Shown piece by piece: positions 37,601-51,513 of a stretch of DNA of 64,000 nt; position 1 is the first letter of the stretch, and the number at the start of each line of letters is the position of its first letter. The DNA lies in assembly GCA_965649765.1 (NCBI GenBank), contig OZ287753.1, forward strand, positions 40,858,001 to 40,922,000, read 5' to 3'. The notes under the pieces are model-generated. The model ran no database searches. It saw only the letters and a list, made by a program, of their open reading frames with translations, and was not told the origin of the DNA. Origin of the DNA: Bispira polyomma (Eukaryota). Made by a program: the position numbers and the translations under genes.

Positions 37601-39337
37601 TCTTTCAGCTACAAAATACGCTGTACAAAGGTTAACTCTGGGATGGTCATAAAACTGGGGCACCTTAAACATCATCTTCAAAAAAAAGGTTAAATAATTT
37701 TTTTCAAAAACATGTCTAACAAACAAAGTGTTTGTCTCTTGTGTACAGATATTTGTGTGAAATAGAATAATAACATGTCCAAAAATAGCTTTTAACAGAA
37801 GTGTTAAAATAGAAATAAAAATTACCACGAAAGATGCCAAAACAGTTAACTGTAAAAAATTACAATAAACTCATCCCTACCATCAGTCGACATATGCATA
37901 TATCATGGTAGAAAGTCCAATTTAGTGGATTTTGAAATTTTGAAACCAGAAATTCCAATTGAACTTTCTGGTGGCAGAAACGGCAACTTGAACTTTCAAC
38001 CATGACAGAATCACTCATTTATTAAACAATACTTATACCTATAGGCTAAACACTAATGCAATAAACAGTTAACATTTGCGTTAACGTTACTGTATTTCAC
38101 ACTGTGCGCCTGTCTTTTTAAAAAGACAACTTTTGTTGCAGAACTGGGAAAAAAAAATACATTTTGTTGTAATCAATGTAATTTTACTTATCACCACCGT
38201 ATCAGTGTTATCAATATAAACCCCTGTTAAACTTGTAACTTAATAAATCTTCCTCCAACTTCAAACATAAATTTATTTAATTGCACATATTAATGATGAA
38301 GTGTCTACTTGGTTAGCTTAAACATGTGTGGTATTAATGATCCATAAAGGCTTTTTTAAACAATATGAATAGTTTACTTTAAAATAATGAGTCACCTTGT
38401 GCTTTACTAACTTAGCCTGGGGTAAGGCTTCAATTTGTTTTACAATTGAATATGATAATGATAAACTAGGCATATTTAATTAAAGAAATCCTAGATGATT
38501 TGAAATACTACTAAAATTATAAGCCTTTTGAAAAATGTGTATGTGTAATTAATGCCAAATTAGAATGAGTCAATCTTGTTTATTGTTATCATTATAACAA
38601 ATTACAATATTTTCAAATATAGGATTACAGTAACTATGAGAATTACGCCTAAGGAAAGGCTAATATAGTCTTATATAGTTTTATCTAACAAATGGTAATT
38701 ATGATCTACGCATGACATGGTGGCAATTAATTATGTTTGCCATGAATATGTATTTTTGACATTTTCACAATTAATTACAAGAAAAACCAACCCTTATCTG
38801 TTGAATGTAAGTTTTTATTTTCAAACTCTTGGAAAGAAAATAAATTTATCATCTGATTTAATTATATTATTATTATACTTCACACGTCGGGGGTCTTTCA
38901 CAACAAAAACGCCATCCTCTTTAATTAAAATGCTATACAATCTTACAGTGTGAATAGTTGCACTTCATAAAAAAATGTAACCAATGGAGAAAAAACCCAA
39001 ACCAAAGATATCACTGTTGTTTGGCTAAATAATATAGATGTTTTCCAACTACCACCACCCATGGTGACCTAGGGTTGAATGAAATGCAAAAATTATCCCA
39101 ACCAAATGTGTACAAAAGCAACCCTTGACATACAGCTATATGTGATGTCTCCATGTTTGTTGTGTCATTGTCCCAATCTGTGGTGGTCATGATATATAGT
39201 GTCCATGTAATAATTACTTCTGTAGATGACGGTTTCTTTATCTTCAATAGACACACATTTTAAGAATTGACTTAATTCATTTAGTTAGTACATGGCTGGT
39301 ATATTTCTGTTTAGGTAATGACTTCTTGTGTTCTATT

Positions 39338-39670
39338 CTAATCTAATCTAACTTTTATAGTGCTTGATCTTTCCTTCTTAGAGGATTCTAAGGTGCAGAC
39401 CTAGACAGTATCCTTATTCAATTTGCATTTCGGTTAGACAAGCATGGGTCAGCACCATGGAGACGCCAGGTGAAATTAGGGCTATGGTGGAAAAGCCTTG
39501 TTAAATAAGTAGGTTTTAAGTTTTTTCTAAAGGATGTGAGTGAGGTTGCACAACAAATTTTGGCAGGTAATTCATTCCAAAGTGTTGGAGCATCATGGGC
39601 AAGGCTATTGTTAAACTGACGTTTAGATTTGTGTACTGCTGAGATAAATCTTAGAATGGTCAGGGAGTTG
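39338..39670 (-). pseudogene. L2-clade LINE 3' end with (ATTAG)n tail
   Basis: rc HKSKRQFNNSLAHDAPTLWNELP..TSLTSFRK.LKTYLFNKAFPP*; tail ctaatctaatctaa at 39338-39351. Confidence 0.8.
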
Positions 39671-42600
39671 TATAAAACATAGGCGGGGGGGGGGGGGGGT
39701 CATCCTTACTATTTCAGCTTGAAACATGAGTCTAACAAACCAAATTTTTAGCATTTATGTTCACAATATATTCTGGCATTGTCTATCAGACTCAACCATT
39801 GAATTTCTTGAACTACAGGTACTCTTTAATCATCATCACTAAATAGCTTTTACCTTTTTCCTTTATAGCTGGTTTTTAATGTACAAGTATGTCCACTGTG
39901 ACCAGTTGCTGAATATTTGATCTCTTCAGAAAGACCTTTTTAGACTTGTTTAAGACTCACGTTTTTGCCCAAAAGTCTCATTTGAGTTGGAGCCATCGAC
40001 AAAAGGTATATTAAATGGATCTGTCCCGACAAAGTCGCTTATGGTTTGGAAAGCCTAGTTCGATTTATGGCATTATATATATTAGTACATTATGCTAAAT
40101 TAACAGTATCCACATTTTAAAATTATTTCTCAAATGAAATGGGCCTTTAAGACAGACATAAGCAGTAGGACTAGGCTAGAGTATTGTTACAAATGATCAT
40201 TTAGTGTTTCAAGTCTATATATACACAACCCTAGGGTCACACACAGGCTCTAGATTCTACTAAGTAGCCTTGGTGGTTGCCTATTAATGTCTTTCTGCGG
40301 TGCCCAATATATACATTTTTTTAAACAAAACCCCCAATTTGTCCATGTCACTTACTTTGCTTAATCTCCAACTTTTATAAAAATCAATATTCAAACTAAC
40401 GCCATTTATAAATACATATTAATATTATGAAGAAGAAATTGCCCTACTCTGGGAATTGAGGTTAGAAATGAAAGCACTGCTGTGCTAACCCAATTAGCTC
40501 TTCTCTTTAAGTTATAGCAGTGTTTAAGCCATCCCTGTCCACTGTAAGGAGGTGCTGAAGACAAATAACTCAGCCACTCAACTCTTTGATTCTTCTCTCT
40601 AAACAATCTTTCTCCTTTTATCTGAAGTCTAGTTTAGCTCATTTTTTTTTAAAGAAAAAAACGGGGTTAGAAGATCAAAGGCTAAAAAACAGTGGTGTCT
40701 GTCTGAATTCAACAGAAAGTAAGGTAGTATTTGACTGAAACTTCATAACTACTATTTATTATTATATTTTGTATCTGCCACTGCAGCCTAAAGAGTGCTC
40801 ACTGGCTTAGTAACACAGAGGACCAAGGCTCGATCCCAGACGTGGGACAACTAGGTATGACATAACCACTGTCCTATCCCAACTGGCAGGAGAAATAACA
40901 TTTTGAGGACATTGACAAAGGGTCATCTTCAAGCTTTTATCTTCAGGTAAATCTGATAGCTCAATATACCTGTACCGGTGCAGTCGAGAACGATTAATTA
41001 ATGCTTCAAATACCAGATACAGGTATGTATAAATTTGAAAACAACAACATTAAGAATGAATACATTAGTTATTGGTAAGAAAGTAAAAGTGCCCTTTATA
41101 ATGTGTCTTACTTACAGTTGCACACTAAATGAGAATCAGCCCCTAAAGGTAAATGGAATTCTCTTTGACACATGCGCAACCAAGACCCTTCACCAAATTT
41201 AATGCAAACTGATCTGGTTGATATTGTGTAATTCTGGTGACAAAGCAATTAAGCAACCAATGGTTACAGCCCAAATAAAACCTTCCTGACTGGGGAAAAT
41301 CAGAACTAGTAGTGTTTCAATTTTGAGTTTTAAAGTTTATGTCTCTTTTTCTTTCTTTGGGTGGTGAGAGTTGGCAATAGAATAGTAAACCTTGTGTATA
41401 TTCATTAAATGCCCAACTAAAACAATGCTATTCATTGCTGTGTAGATATGTGTGCCAATACAAGGGTATTAGGCCAACAACATACAGCTCACAGGTCAAA
41501 CTCTTGGCCATTACAAGGATTGGTAAGGTCAAGACCTCTTGTCACGGTGACAAGCAACGTGCTTATTGCAAAAATATTTGGATTCTTGTGATATACAAGC
41601 ATATACCAATACGAGTCAATCGAAATATTTAGTCCCTATCTCTACCTCTTTGCTAACTAGATGTTCCACATATTACATACATTCTATACATTAAACCAAG
41701 GGTCCAATTTGAAAGTAGTTTCTTATATGATGGACCTTGGGCTGTAAAATATCCCTTCCTCATGGCATAAGTATTCTTTCTGCTGTTTGGCTAAAGCCTC
41801 CCCTACCATAGTTTTTAGCCACCAATCACTAGTTGTCACCTTCATGTTTTTGACACTTTGTACTGTTTAGAAATGTTGAAACTTGGTTGCAATTTCAGAA
41901 ACACTGCTACAAGTTATGTTTGTTGTGACAAAATTCAGTTTCTAATTCCCCCATAAAATTAATCATTACACGGTTATTGGTAAATTATATGATCTTGCTC
42001 ATTACGTTATATATACATAGTTCTGGCTAGACCTTGAGATACAATTACTATTGTGTTTTTTCTACACACAGAACACCAGTATCAAACTGAGTTTATAATG
42101 ACATTGTAGCTTATCCTACCAGTTTAAAACACAGCTCTAACACAAGACAAAAGAACTTTTCCACCTAGCATTGCATGTAAAGCCTTTTAAAATATTTATC
42201 ATGGTCATTCCTTGGTGCTGTTGGAACTGTAGGGTTCTTTTGAGCAAGTGTTACATTATTAAAGCCATTTATGATGAATGGCCCAGGTGAAATATGAACT
42301 CCTTTGTATAGTGGCAGCTACAATCGGCAACATCTACATCAAAATTTGGTATGTCTCCCGTGCAACATAGACAACATTTTATCTACATCTGACAAAGAAA
42401 AAACAATATATTCTTATTATAGATTTTATTATTGACATTTCTTTGGAGTTTACCAAGATGATGCTACATTTTTTCAAGTAGAAACTTAAGTCAATGACTT
42501 AAAGACTTTAGGGTCAATCTAGTTGGTTGTATTCTTTCTCAGAGACAAGATGGAGGTTCTTCCACATTTAACACAACTGAAGAGCCAATTAACTGGCAGA

Positions 42601-43205
42601 CTCCTGTGGGAAATCTAGCTTGTTTATTAGAACAACAATTTGGTAAATTTATGCTTATATTTTACAGATGTCTAAGTACTTTCTACCACTCACAATAATA
42701 ATAATAGTAGTAATAATAAGTCAAACCTATGGGGGATGTGTATGGCTGTGTGTTGTGTATCTGTATAGTTTATGCTTTACATCATTAGTGTGAGAAAACA
42801 CTAAAACAAGATCAACTTGGTGGCCAAATCTTTGCCTCTGATGTTAAATGAAAGAAAAATAGATGGTGTGTATGTGTGTACTTGTAAAAGTCCTAGGGTT
42901 TCTTACTCCACCACTTATTAGTTATGGGGAGAAGTAATCACTGGTTCCCATTTTGGGGTTCTTTAACACAGATCCATCAACCCATCCTGAGTTTCTTTAA
43001 AAGCTTTCTATAATGCTGTCTTTGGTGAGAACTTTAAAGGTCATTTTACTGTGTAATTATTTTATTCTTGTATTCCTATATTGTAATTTGACACATATTT
43101 CTTAATATATAATAATAAAAATGCATTGTTGTAAAGTGTTACAATTAAACCTTTGTTATTGTGATTATTGACAATTTTTAAACAGTATTATTTATTGGTA
43201 TCTGC

Positions 43206-43410
43206 CATTGTGACCTAGTGAGTAAACACACTCCCTTAGTAACACAAAGGACCTGGGTTCGATCACATTCTCCAGGTACGTATAGTATATAGTAGTATGA
43301 CCACTTGAAATGCTGGTACCTCTGTTATTATATATTTTGCCCCCTATTGGCAGGCCAAAGAAACCTTGGGAATGTTGATAAATAGAAACCTTGTCTTCAA
43401 GTTTTTGGCC
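43206..43410 (+). mobile_element. SINE family C copy
   Basis: gtgacctagtgagtaa head, gggttcgatc B-box, atgaccacttgaaatg and ggcaggc.aaagaaaccttgggaatgttgataaat. Confidence 0.7.
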
Positions 43411-44387
43411 CAAAGAGCTGAATTATGCTGGATGATTATGAAAATGCCATCTGGTGCTGTTAATTCCAAAAAGCAAAGATGATTTGGCCATTTTAAATTT
43501 AGTTTTGTTTCAATTTTGTTCAGCAGATTTAATGGTACTAAAAACCAGTGCTGAAGCACAATAAACAACCGATCTATGACAGTAGGTACCTGACGAACTT
43601 TCCCACATAAAGGAACAAAGACACAGACATACTTTGTTGGCCATCAATATGAATAAATATAAATCTATCCACTGTCAATTAGCTACTATGATAACATTAA
43701 GAAGAATGCAAAATATGGTTGTTTTTATAACAAGACAACATGCCTTTTTCCATATCAGTATGTCACTGTCTTAAAAATACAACAAGTTACTGGGACTTTA
43801 TGGTAGGGTCTAACATATATATATAGAGAGAGAGCACATGCTATACCATTTAGGCTACAGTTATATAGCAATTTAACCAATTATTTCAGCAAATCAAGAT
43901 ATGAGAAATGTTATATGATATGGCTATATCTACATAAATACATACAAAGAGAAGACAATACACAATCATTATACCACATATTGTTGGGCAGAACTTCCAG
44001 CCATTGCTGTACCAGTGTACACATATACATGTGTACGTGATTAGTAGTTTGTGGTGAGTTCACAAACTGTGTAGCAAGAGTCAAGAGAGACAAATGATTG
44101 TTTGATGATTTCCTGGTGAATTTCTTTGACAGGTTTGTCAGCTTAATTAAACCGACAATGCATTACCAGCCTCGCTCTGGTGCCATGTTGGACGTTTAGT
44201 CTGCACCTGTATACACTCTAATTTCACCTATTATCGCTCATCTCATTGACTGAATTTTTTACAGTGTTTCTTTTCTCTCTATTTTCCTAATGGCCTATTT
44301 GTGTCATATTATATAAGATGATCTGTGTTTATATTCCCATCTATTATATTTTGTATGACATAAATATGACGTTATTGATTTAAACGT

Positions 44388-44711
44388 AATGTGTGTAGAT
44401 TTATAGTCTGACATCACCTCTATTAAGGTCTTAGCCAAATTTAAAGTTTACACCCCCAGCCTGGATTCTTCCACTTGTCAACCAATTGTTCAGTCTCAAC
44501 TTCCTCAGGAAGCATACTACACTTGCTGCCACATACAGCGCACAAAGACTAACACCCAGTAGCGGCCAGGTACCCATTTATACACCTGGTTGGAGAGGGA
44601 CAACAAGCACCTTGTCCAAGGGTATAACACCAGGCCTGCAGCGAGGATTGAAGCGAGACCCTCGGATCCCTCAGATCCAATGTCCGACACTGTAACCGCT
44701 AGGTCACAGAG
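44388..44711 (-). mobile_element. SINE family B (CORE-like), full length
   Basis: rc colinear with 4789-5103 and 60869-61190. Confidence 0.85.
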
Positions 44712-47700
44712 ATATAATATAGTAAATGCTAAGGTTATGTTGAAATCTGCCACTCACATACAGTGTTTGTCATATTACACCAATGAATGGTCTGTGCCAG
44801 ATGTTCGGGGTAGCTTAATCAGAGATATAGGGACATACATTACAAATAGCTATACATAGCTATAATATCAATATTATTTGAATAGTTTGTGGTCACCAAT
44901 ATTCTTGAGTTAAAGATAAGTTTATGATTAAATCTTAATTTTTGTCACCAGGACTGTTTTATCATTTTCCACAAAGCTATAAATTTACTAATTATAGTAA
45001 TATGTAAATGTAGCGCCTTATATCATATTTAAAAAGCAGTAGCATAATTTTATATCTTTCCCCGTTCCCCTATTTCTCATTTTCCACAAAGCTATAAATT
45101 TGTAAATTACAAAAATATGTAAATGTAGTGCCATATATTATATTAGAAATGGTACTATATTTGTATAGCCTTTTCCCTTCTTGTAAAAACAAAAGAGATT
45201 TAGTTGATATTTTTTTGTTCACTTATTTCTTTGCTGTCAAGTTATTTTGAAAGAGAATATCCTTTAAAACTATATATATATACCAATCGTATATACACAT
45301 TGTCTACTTCAGATGAATATATAAGTAAATAACAATAAGAAACACTACACATGCCAACACAAATAACTTTCTCTCTAAAGACATACCCCCCTTTAAAACG
45401 ACCTTATCTTGTTTTCTCTTTTTTCCACTGTCATTTTATTGTAAGTTGTGTAACAAGTAACAACACTCGAACTTTCTCTGTGATCGCCTTTTTTTAAAAT
45501 GTCTCTATTTACTTTCAACAGGGACCAAAAAGGGGGACAGTTTTACTTTCAAACCTTTCTGTCTGAATAGTCTCCAACATAAAGGAGTCCGGCTTGTGAA
45601 CTGTAATTAGAAGCAAGGTGTTCCATTACTGTATGCTGATAACATGACCTTTTTGTGTGTCCTCATAAAAAGACCAGAAGCTATTTTAAAAAGCACATAA
45701 CAGGGGATAATAGAAGCTACTAGTAGGATATTGATTATATATAAAGGTAATTGAGGGATGTTTTTAAAAAGTACAGATAAGCCTCAGTTTAGGGTTATCT
45801 TAAAGCTAAAATACATGTTGGAATATTAATAACAAACATTGCCATACAATGTAGCATTAATTTGATTTATTTTTTATTTCATTTAGGGAAATATCCTTTC
45901 GGTGGTGGAAATTATTAACCATGCATATCTTGTGATAACTGCCTGCGAATGAAGGTGGCATTATCTAAAATGATTTTATTCCAGAACACAACAATTTTGC
46001 CATACCTAACATTGATGAAGTAAAATTTTAAAACTGTGCAAATGCAACAAAAGGCTTTATTATGTCACTGATGACGTTTGCCCTTGTCATATTTTAGAAT
46101 GAAGAAAGCTTTCAGTAAATGTACCTTGGATTAGGAGTTAACAATATTTTGTCAAGTATACATGTATCATTGCTTAGTGTTTCTAGACTATAGTTCATAC
46201 CACAGATGTGGGACAGATCCAATTAGGGTGATGATCACTTTCAACCCTGATCCTGTCTTAAATTAGCATTTACAACATACTCTGCTATAACACACAACAC
46301 GGGCCAAGGTAGTTACACTGATATATATATATATATAAAAACAAGTCAAAAATTATTTACGGCTATGATATTGAGGGATATTTTAAAGATAATTGGGTTT
46401 CATTATGAAAAGGGCACCGCCATCTTAGAAATAATATTTGGCCATATCACCATTAGTGTATTTCATACTGTGTGTCTTTTTTAAAAGACCCACGCTTGTT
46501 CTCCTTTGTTTTTCTCCCCCCAGGAAATGGGCAGATAATGTGACAAGAAAAGCACAGCTGGGACTGGATACATATGTCATCAATATCGGTATCATTGGGA
46601 ACGTCAGGAACTTAACCTTCCATTATTATACTGCTGCTCTGTTGTTCTCCTTAATACAATACAACAGAAGCCTATGGTACAATAAGCTAGACATCCTCTC
46701 TCTCTATGTACATATAAACACTAACATTCATCACTAACTAAGGTTATATATATAAATCTAATCAAAAGTGGGCAGAAATGTTAGACAAAAACAGCTAACA
46801 ATGTTACAATTTTTTAGGCTATTTTGCTTTACCTAAGTTTATTGTTTTCTAGTTAAATTTTTTGGGTTTTTTTTTTTTTTTTTTTTGGAGGGGGGGGGGG
46901 GGTTAATGGGGGATAGGGGGGATAAGGGGGGCACTGAGAACACTAAGGCTGATACTAGGCCAGTGGATCACCGTTGATAATAGGCAAAAAAGGAGGGGCC
47001 CCAGAGCAGTGCAACAGAGGGACAGGCATTTACTGTGACTTTCAATCCCTCTACTTAAACTGAATGAAGACACTTTTCTGGCTATATCTTCTACATAAAC
47101 TCCAAAATCTTACATCTACAATATAGATCCTTTTTGATATGTACCTTTAAATAGGTTATACACAACAGCACCGTCAGTTTGCGTTTTAATTTTCAAGTTT
47201 AGACATGCAGTAGAAAGAAGCTTTGCAATCTCTGTTTGCTAAGGTTTTTATATGAGGGTATGATGGGGTGGATATCAGGTTGAATGGGGGTGGGGGTGGG
47301 GGGGGGGGGTGGGGTGGGGGTGGAGAGATGTACCAGAAAATCCTGGGCCCAGAGAAGAAGAACAATGGCCACTCGTGACAATGGCAGCTATCACACATGC
47401 ACAGTGGTTACTACTCTTAATAGACCTAGAGAATGTCATTCTCTTCTACTATGACAAACCCACACACAGACAACACTAGGAGGGCATGTACTGTGCTTAT
47501 TTTGACTAAAAGAAACTCCAGGTCTACCCTTATTGTACATATGTACTCACAAGTCATCATCTGTGATGACCTTTTGGTTCAAACAATTATATACCCATAT
47601 TTAATTTATTGTCGCTTTTATTCCATTAATGCTATTTCTATTTATACATTTTATGAAAATAGATAGCTATATTAATACATCTAAAATGATGCAAAAAATA

Positions 47701-48254
47701 TTTTAAAAATCCAATATATGCAAGTTGTGAAATACGTATGCATCCTATATGTAGGTGTCATTAAAATAAACCCTTTTTTGGCATTTAAAAGAATGGTATG
47801 GTAGTCAAAATGTTCAATTCCTAAACTATATGAAAGTAATGATGGCAATAATTTATATTAAATAATTGATCAGCACAACTTATGGTGGTTTTTTTCTCTT
47901 GGGAACTTGCAGCATTTATTGCCCGATTTGGATCTTTATATAGGTCAAGATTTTCAAAAGCATATTTCGACAGGGGATATGGAATTGGTGTTCAGCTGAT
48001 GTCCATATGATGACTATCAGACAATGGTCTCACAATGGCTTTGTTTGAATATCATCATGTTTAAAGCTTACAAAATTGAGATACGCCTTGCCTCTGGTAA
48101 GGGAACTCAATGATATTTCAAATTCATCTTCAGAAAGGTTTTGGTGAACAACTTTTATAAGCTTTTGGTCAGGCTACAGTGCTGTATGCTGCTTGCTATG
48201 GTTTCTGCAGAAGGTGTCTGCTACTCACTGTCACAAATCTGGTGGGACATTGGT

Positions 48255-48450
48255 ATAATAACCAGCATGGCACTCGATTGAGTGCATACCTCCGCCAATG
48301 CACCAAAAATTAATACAAATTCTTGGATGCACCATTCTACTAGGATCTGCTCCAAAGGTTAATGGATATTTTCCTGGACTCATGCTACATCCCCCCACCA
48401 AATTTCATGTAAAGTGGTTTAGTAGTTTTTGGTGTAACCCAATCTAATCT
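48255..48450 (+). mobile_element. HINE-like family E fragment
   Basis: aaccagcatggcactcgattgagtgcatacctccgccaa start; ggatctgctccaaa; accaaatttcatgtaaa..agtagttttt..gtaacc; related pieces at 22235-22380, 29410-29530 and 61617-62490. Confidence 0.6.
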
Positions 48451-49237
48451 AACTTATATAGTGTTTAATCTCTGTGCTAGTGGATGTTAAGGCGCATGAG
48501 ACAGGAAAAGTATTTTCAAAATTTTGTATAACCATTGGACGCCCAGGGGTCATGACCGTAGAAATGCCAGAAATGCAAAGGAGGTTAAGTTGAAAAGCCT
48601 TGCTAAATAGGTTTTGACCTTCTTTGTGTACGCCTGTTGTAAAACAAACAAATGGGTACAAAGGCCAAAACATAATCTCATTGAGTGAGGTAATGCAATA
48701 ACTTGCATGGAATTTTATCACTGGGCTGTTCAGTGCTGTTATATATGACGTCATACACTGTTGCCATCACTACCCTAGGGGCAGCTCTTATGTTAAAGTC
48801 CCACAGGGACTTATAACCCATGTCCTCCCTGTATATACTTACATCCTTATATCTCTGTAAATAATAACAAGATGACTATGGTGGAAACACTAATTAAAAC
48901 ATATTATGCATCTCTAGTTGTTTTTTTTTCTACGTTATGATATAGTTTTGTATACTTTCTATGGTATTTATTACACGGAGCTTTACCAGAGCTTTGTACA
49001 GAGAATTGAAGTTACCTAATTATAACTCTCAAAATTAGAAACATAGAGTCTGTAATATGCATGTGCGGAGTTACAAGATGCCCAAGGCTATAGAATGAAG
49101 TGATTAACATATAAGGTATTGAAGTGGGTATTAATCAGTTAATAGAAGTTGCCAGGATACATTTTGGTCACATATACACACGTTATACATCTATCGTCTA
49201 TTAATTACTGTGGGCGATTCTATGTCAAATGTTACAG

Positions 49238-49440
49238 TTTTTTGGATTTATTCGAATTTCAACAGTTTCGGCCATATTACGATGGCCAAGTTTAATGGTG
49301 GGGAAACCAGTGCTGAAGCCACTGGCAAATGGCAAGTACCTGACAAACCTTTGCTACATGAATGAACAAACAGGATTCAACAACACCAGTAAGAGGTGAG
49401 GTGATTGTGAAGTGAGCTCTTCTAACCATTAGCCAACCAC
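49238..49440 (-). mobile_element. SINE, family A-related subfamily
   Basis: rc gtggttggctaatggttagaagag..ttcacaatcacc..tgtcaggtacttgcc..gtggcttcagcactggtttcccca. Confidence 0.65.
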
Positions 49441-49734
49441 AACCATATGTCAAACAAGATGAGCCCTTGTTGTAACACTCAAACAATGTACTATATCAAT
49501 TACTTGTTGTCTGGATAGTGCTATTCTATATGAGGCTACCTCATAGTAATATATAATTTTAAATACATTCTAAAATCGGAATAATTTGTCTTTTAGTATA
49601 CACTTTTTTCACAAGCCGTTTTCACACATCTAAAATATGGCCTTTGGCAGTGGTTGGGGCAATCTTAAAGGTTAGCTCAGCATGTCAAATGTAATGTTTT
49701 ACACGTACAGGGAACACAGTGAACGATCAGATAA

Positions 49735-49771
<37 letters not shown>

Positions 49772-50026
49772 TATGCCTATATAAGGCTGTGGGGTGTGTG
49801 TGTGTGAAACTGATAGAGAGTTTTTTACATATTGTACAGCTGTAAACACTTAAAGTAACAAATCTCTTCATCAACATGATATACACCATATCAGTGTATC
49901 TCCTCTAACTCAGAATAACTTGCCTCAAACCAATGAGGTGATGTTCTCTCTCTATAATTTTACACCACCTTTCACACCCCTCTGTATAAACTGGTACATA
50001 TGTTTCTCTCTATCCCCACCTTTTGG

Positions 50027-50238
50027 TTTTTATCAGGCTCAGGCTGATGTTATTTTCTTTCTAAAAAGGGGGCCGCCATCTTAGGAATACTATGTAAGGC
50101 CTTCATGGATTGGTTGAAAGCAAATGACCCGTCCAAACTAAGGAGTGTCAAAGTTATTGTGATCAGGCGCGGTCAAATCAAATGTTAGTGTATTTCACAC
50201 TGTGCCACTGTGTCTTTTTAAAAAGACAACTCTTGTTG
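50027..50238 (-). mobile_element. HINE-like family D, near full length
   Basis: rc starts aacaagagttgtctttttaaaagacac; contains ttagtttggacgggtc, caaccaatcc and aagatggcggc; ends atcagcctgagcctgataaaa. Confidence 0.65.
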
Positions 50239-50881
50239 TTTTTGCTGTGAATCTCTTCTTTTATGAGCTTTCTGCAGACACTGGGTGACAATAATGACAT
50301 TTGTTTTAAGGGTGTTTTCAAACTACTTTCATACACAATGGACTTTGTCTAACTCTGTTCTCACAAATTGCCTGAAGATCTCTCTCTTTTTTGGGTTTTA
50401 AAAGTCCACAAAATCACCAGTCTAATGTTACAACTTTCAAAACATAAAAAGCTTTTAAACAACTTAAAAAATTGCCCATTTGGCACATAACTACTATTTT
50501 CACAATGTCCATAAATTTCAAGCCTGTTTTAAGTTTTAGTGCATGACGTGTATATATAGCTAGACAAACACATTTTAACATGCCCCACAAATCCCCACTG
50601 GTGTTTTTAAGGTAATTATACATCTTACATGTAACACTAGACCCTTACATTTCACAAGTTCCTATATAATTTATACACATTTTAAATCACAGTTCTTTAA
50701 TTAAACTTTTTTTTTTTTTCAGTTGCAAGTTTTGCTTTTTCGAAATTTTAAATGAAGTAAACGAAAAAAAATCTAATGTATGAGTGTATGAGTTAAGTTT
50801 GGGTTTATTTGGTTACATTTTTGGTTATATTTTTTGTTTTCTATCAATTCCTTTACTGTGTAATTACAGATAATTACAATG

Positions 50882-51513
50882 GGACACATACTGTACTGTA
50901 TTATTAGTATCAGACTCAATCCCTACACCCATCTACTGGACACATACTGTATCACTAGTATCAGACTTAACCCCTATACCCATCTACTAGACACATACTG
51001 TACTGTATTATTAGTATCAGACTCAACCCCTACACCCATCTACTAGACACATACTGTATTATTAGTATCAGACTTAACCCCTATACCCATCTACTAGACA
51101 CATACTGTACTGAATTATTAGTATCAGACTTAACCCCTACACCCATCTGCTGGACACATACTGTATTATAAGTATCTGACTTAACCCCTACACCCATCTA
51201 CTGGACACATACTGTATCACTAGTATCAGACTTAACCCCTACACCCATCTGCTGGACACATACTGTATTATAAGTATCTGACTTAACCCCTACACCCATC
51301 TACTGGACACATACTGTATCACTAGTACCAGACTTAACCCCTACACCCATCTGCTGGACACATACTGTATTATTAGTATCAGACTCAACAACTACACCCA
51401 TCTACTGGACACATACTGTATTATTAGTATCAGACTCAACAACTACACCCATCTACTGGACACATACTGTACTGTATTACTAGTATCAGACTCAACCCAT
51501 ACACCCATCTACT
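50882..51513. repeat. 51/56-bp minisatellite, 12 units
   Basis: Unit starts 50882, 50938, 50989, 51045, 51096, 51152, 51203, 51254, 51305, 51356, 51407, 51458; consensus ggacacatactgt(actgt)attattagtatcagacttaacccctacacccatctact. Confidence 0.95.

Noticed and set aside
46887-47323. G-rich tracts as functional G-quadruplexes or proline-rich exons
   Set aside because: Homopolymer-type low complexity, also seen at 8234, 16152, 39686 and 51693; no other support.
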